Assembly (NCBI RefSeq): GCF_025526975.1
Contig: NW_026515684.1
Location: 124,001 to 188,000, forward strand
Source of the DNA: Fimicolochytrium jonesii
Lineage: Eukaryota
Length of the DNA: 64,000 bases
Direction: 5' to 3'
Shown: positions 62,768 through 64,000 of the stretch, piece after piece
Layout of the letters: every line of letters starts with the position of its first letter
How positions within the stretch are numbered: the first letter of the stretch is position 1
Made by a program: the position numbers and the translations under genes
Notes under the pieces: generated by a model
What the model saw: only the letters and a program-made list of their open reading frames with translations
Told to the model about the DNA's origin: nothing
Database searches by the model: none

Positions 62768-63229
62768 ATGCCAGTGCCGAGGGGTAACGTCTCGGCCTTC
62801 GCCAACCATAACTCGGCGACGACGGCGGAGGCGTTTGAGAAGCTCGTAGCGACGTGCAGCGCATGTGAGGGCGGGGTAGAACTCACCCCACAACAATGTG
62901 AAATATACTTTCATTCGCTCTTCGGACGTGGTTCAGCGCCTTCCTTTGGTGTGAGTTTTGATCTACTGTACCTCCGCGTGAATCCTGCTTATAATAAGGC
63001 GCTATTTAAAGCACAGGGTGAAGTCCTGTCTCTTGAATTCACGCGAGATGTCCTAGCGAAGGACACAACGCTTGACCGGCAACATCTCAAGAAGGTGGCA
63101 GAGGGTTATATAAAAAGAGGTGAGAAGTTGAACCGATGGATCGAGATCCTCATAGACGAGGCGAAGGAAATGTCATTACAACTAGTGCAGGTAATCAAGC
63201 TCGAAGAGGACTGGAAGAGGACCCGCTAG
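62768..63229 (+). CDS. Hypothetical helical protein (153 aa)
   Basis: ATG in a good context (ACCATG) and a protein-like amphipathic composition. No family recognised. Confidence 0.4.
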   Translation: MPVPRGNVSAFANHNSATTAEAFEKLVATCSACEGGVELTPQQCEIYFHSLFGRGSAPSFGVSFDLLYLRVNPAYNKALFKAQGEVLSLEFTRDVLAKDTTLDRQHLKKVAEGYIKRGEKLNRWIEILIDEAKEMSLQLVQVIKLEEDWKRTR

Positions 63230-64000
63230 CGACGACGGCGCCAGAAGCAGAAACACCGAGATATGCGTTGCATCGAGAAGACGTGTTTCGCTCTTTTCCT
63301 ACTCGACGAATTGGGTACAAAGCTCCCGGGTGTAGGCTGCACAGAGTCGCGAGTTATCGACAAACGTTGATCGTGGAAAGCCTCAAACGGAGTCGTACCC
63401 GCCGAGGCTCTTCTCAGCGTGAGTCCGATTGATAGATTTGAGCATGACGGTGCTGCCGGCGACGGTTCAGCACCGGCAGCACCGTCCACAGCCTCGATCT
63501 CGAGTCGTATCCGCTATGAGATCGCTTGGATACCTGCAGGGAGCTTCTGTACTCGCTTGCTATGAATGACCGTCATTGGTTGGTTATTGACGAGATCGTC
63601 CATGTGTTTGTTGAATGCTGCGAACTTTGTATATCTCGGATCTGACCTCCTCAACTTACTGTATTGGCCATAATTGATAAGATCTAAAGCAGATTCTAAA
63701 CACCTAGGGCTATTTGCATATGTTCCGCGTTGAGGACGGGATGAGCTGCGTCATATGGAGAAACATCTATGGAATCCTGAGAGCATGTAGTGATAGCTGT
63801 CGGTGTACTGAGAGACGTGAAAGCGACGCATTGACCACTAGCAGATATCAAAGGAGTCCCTATGTTCTATTCTATCACCACTAATCAGGCAGATGCTTAT
63901 TTCCAATGTTGGCACATATAGGCAATGTATCCCGTGGCCTTGCCAGAAGGAAGGGTGTAGGTGACCTTGGTCCTGTAACAGGTAAACAACAAGAGGGATT

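Noticed and set aside
63738..63811. Possible C/D snoRNA (GGATGA..CTGA..GTGATA..CTGA)
   Set aside because: No convincing rRNA complementarity (the best match needs three G-U pairs) and no intron context.
1..64000. CRISPR arrays, prokaryotic operons, transposase or reverse-transcriptase genes, and long antisense ORFs
   Set aside because: No regularly spaced direct repeats or mobile-element domains were seen, and the many antisense ORFs are shadows of GC-rich coding exons.

Overview
Gene-dense, intron-rich eukaryotic DNA with short GT-AG introns, mostly about 45-80 nt. It is almost certainly from an early-diverging, flagellated (zoosporic) fungus such as a chytrid: fungal-type housekeeping genes sit beside a centriole cartwheel gene (CEP135/BLD10), a cobalamin-dependent methylmalonyl-CoA mutase, an ATP-type diacylglycerol kinase and an SMPD4 homolog. 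About 24 protein genes were reconstructed by hand: DGK, RMD1, SNX3, a SET protein, DRS2, KGD2, SEC13, MUT, BioF, VPS1, YSC84, CEP135, RsfS/MALSU1, mS26-like, an SDR, TOM5, LRO1, DUF1992, SMPD4, an Mx-like dynamin, SEC27, GGPPS, PAN5 and DUF4050. The least explained signals are non-coding. (i) A micro-exon-rich minus-strand transcript between MUT and BioF (about 20.2-21.4 kb) appears to host an intronic box C/D snoRNA with an 11-nt LSU rRNA guide, plus further hairpin or H/ACA-like units. (ii) A roughly 650-nt, densely base-paired minus-strand segment lies between RMD1 and SNX3. (iii) VPS1 and the DUF4050 gene each have an unusually long, hairpin-packed intron. No CRISPR array, tRNA, rRNA or autonomous transposon was found. 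All assignments come from motif recognition by eye, no searches were run, and exon boundaries and start codons are approximate.
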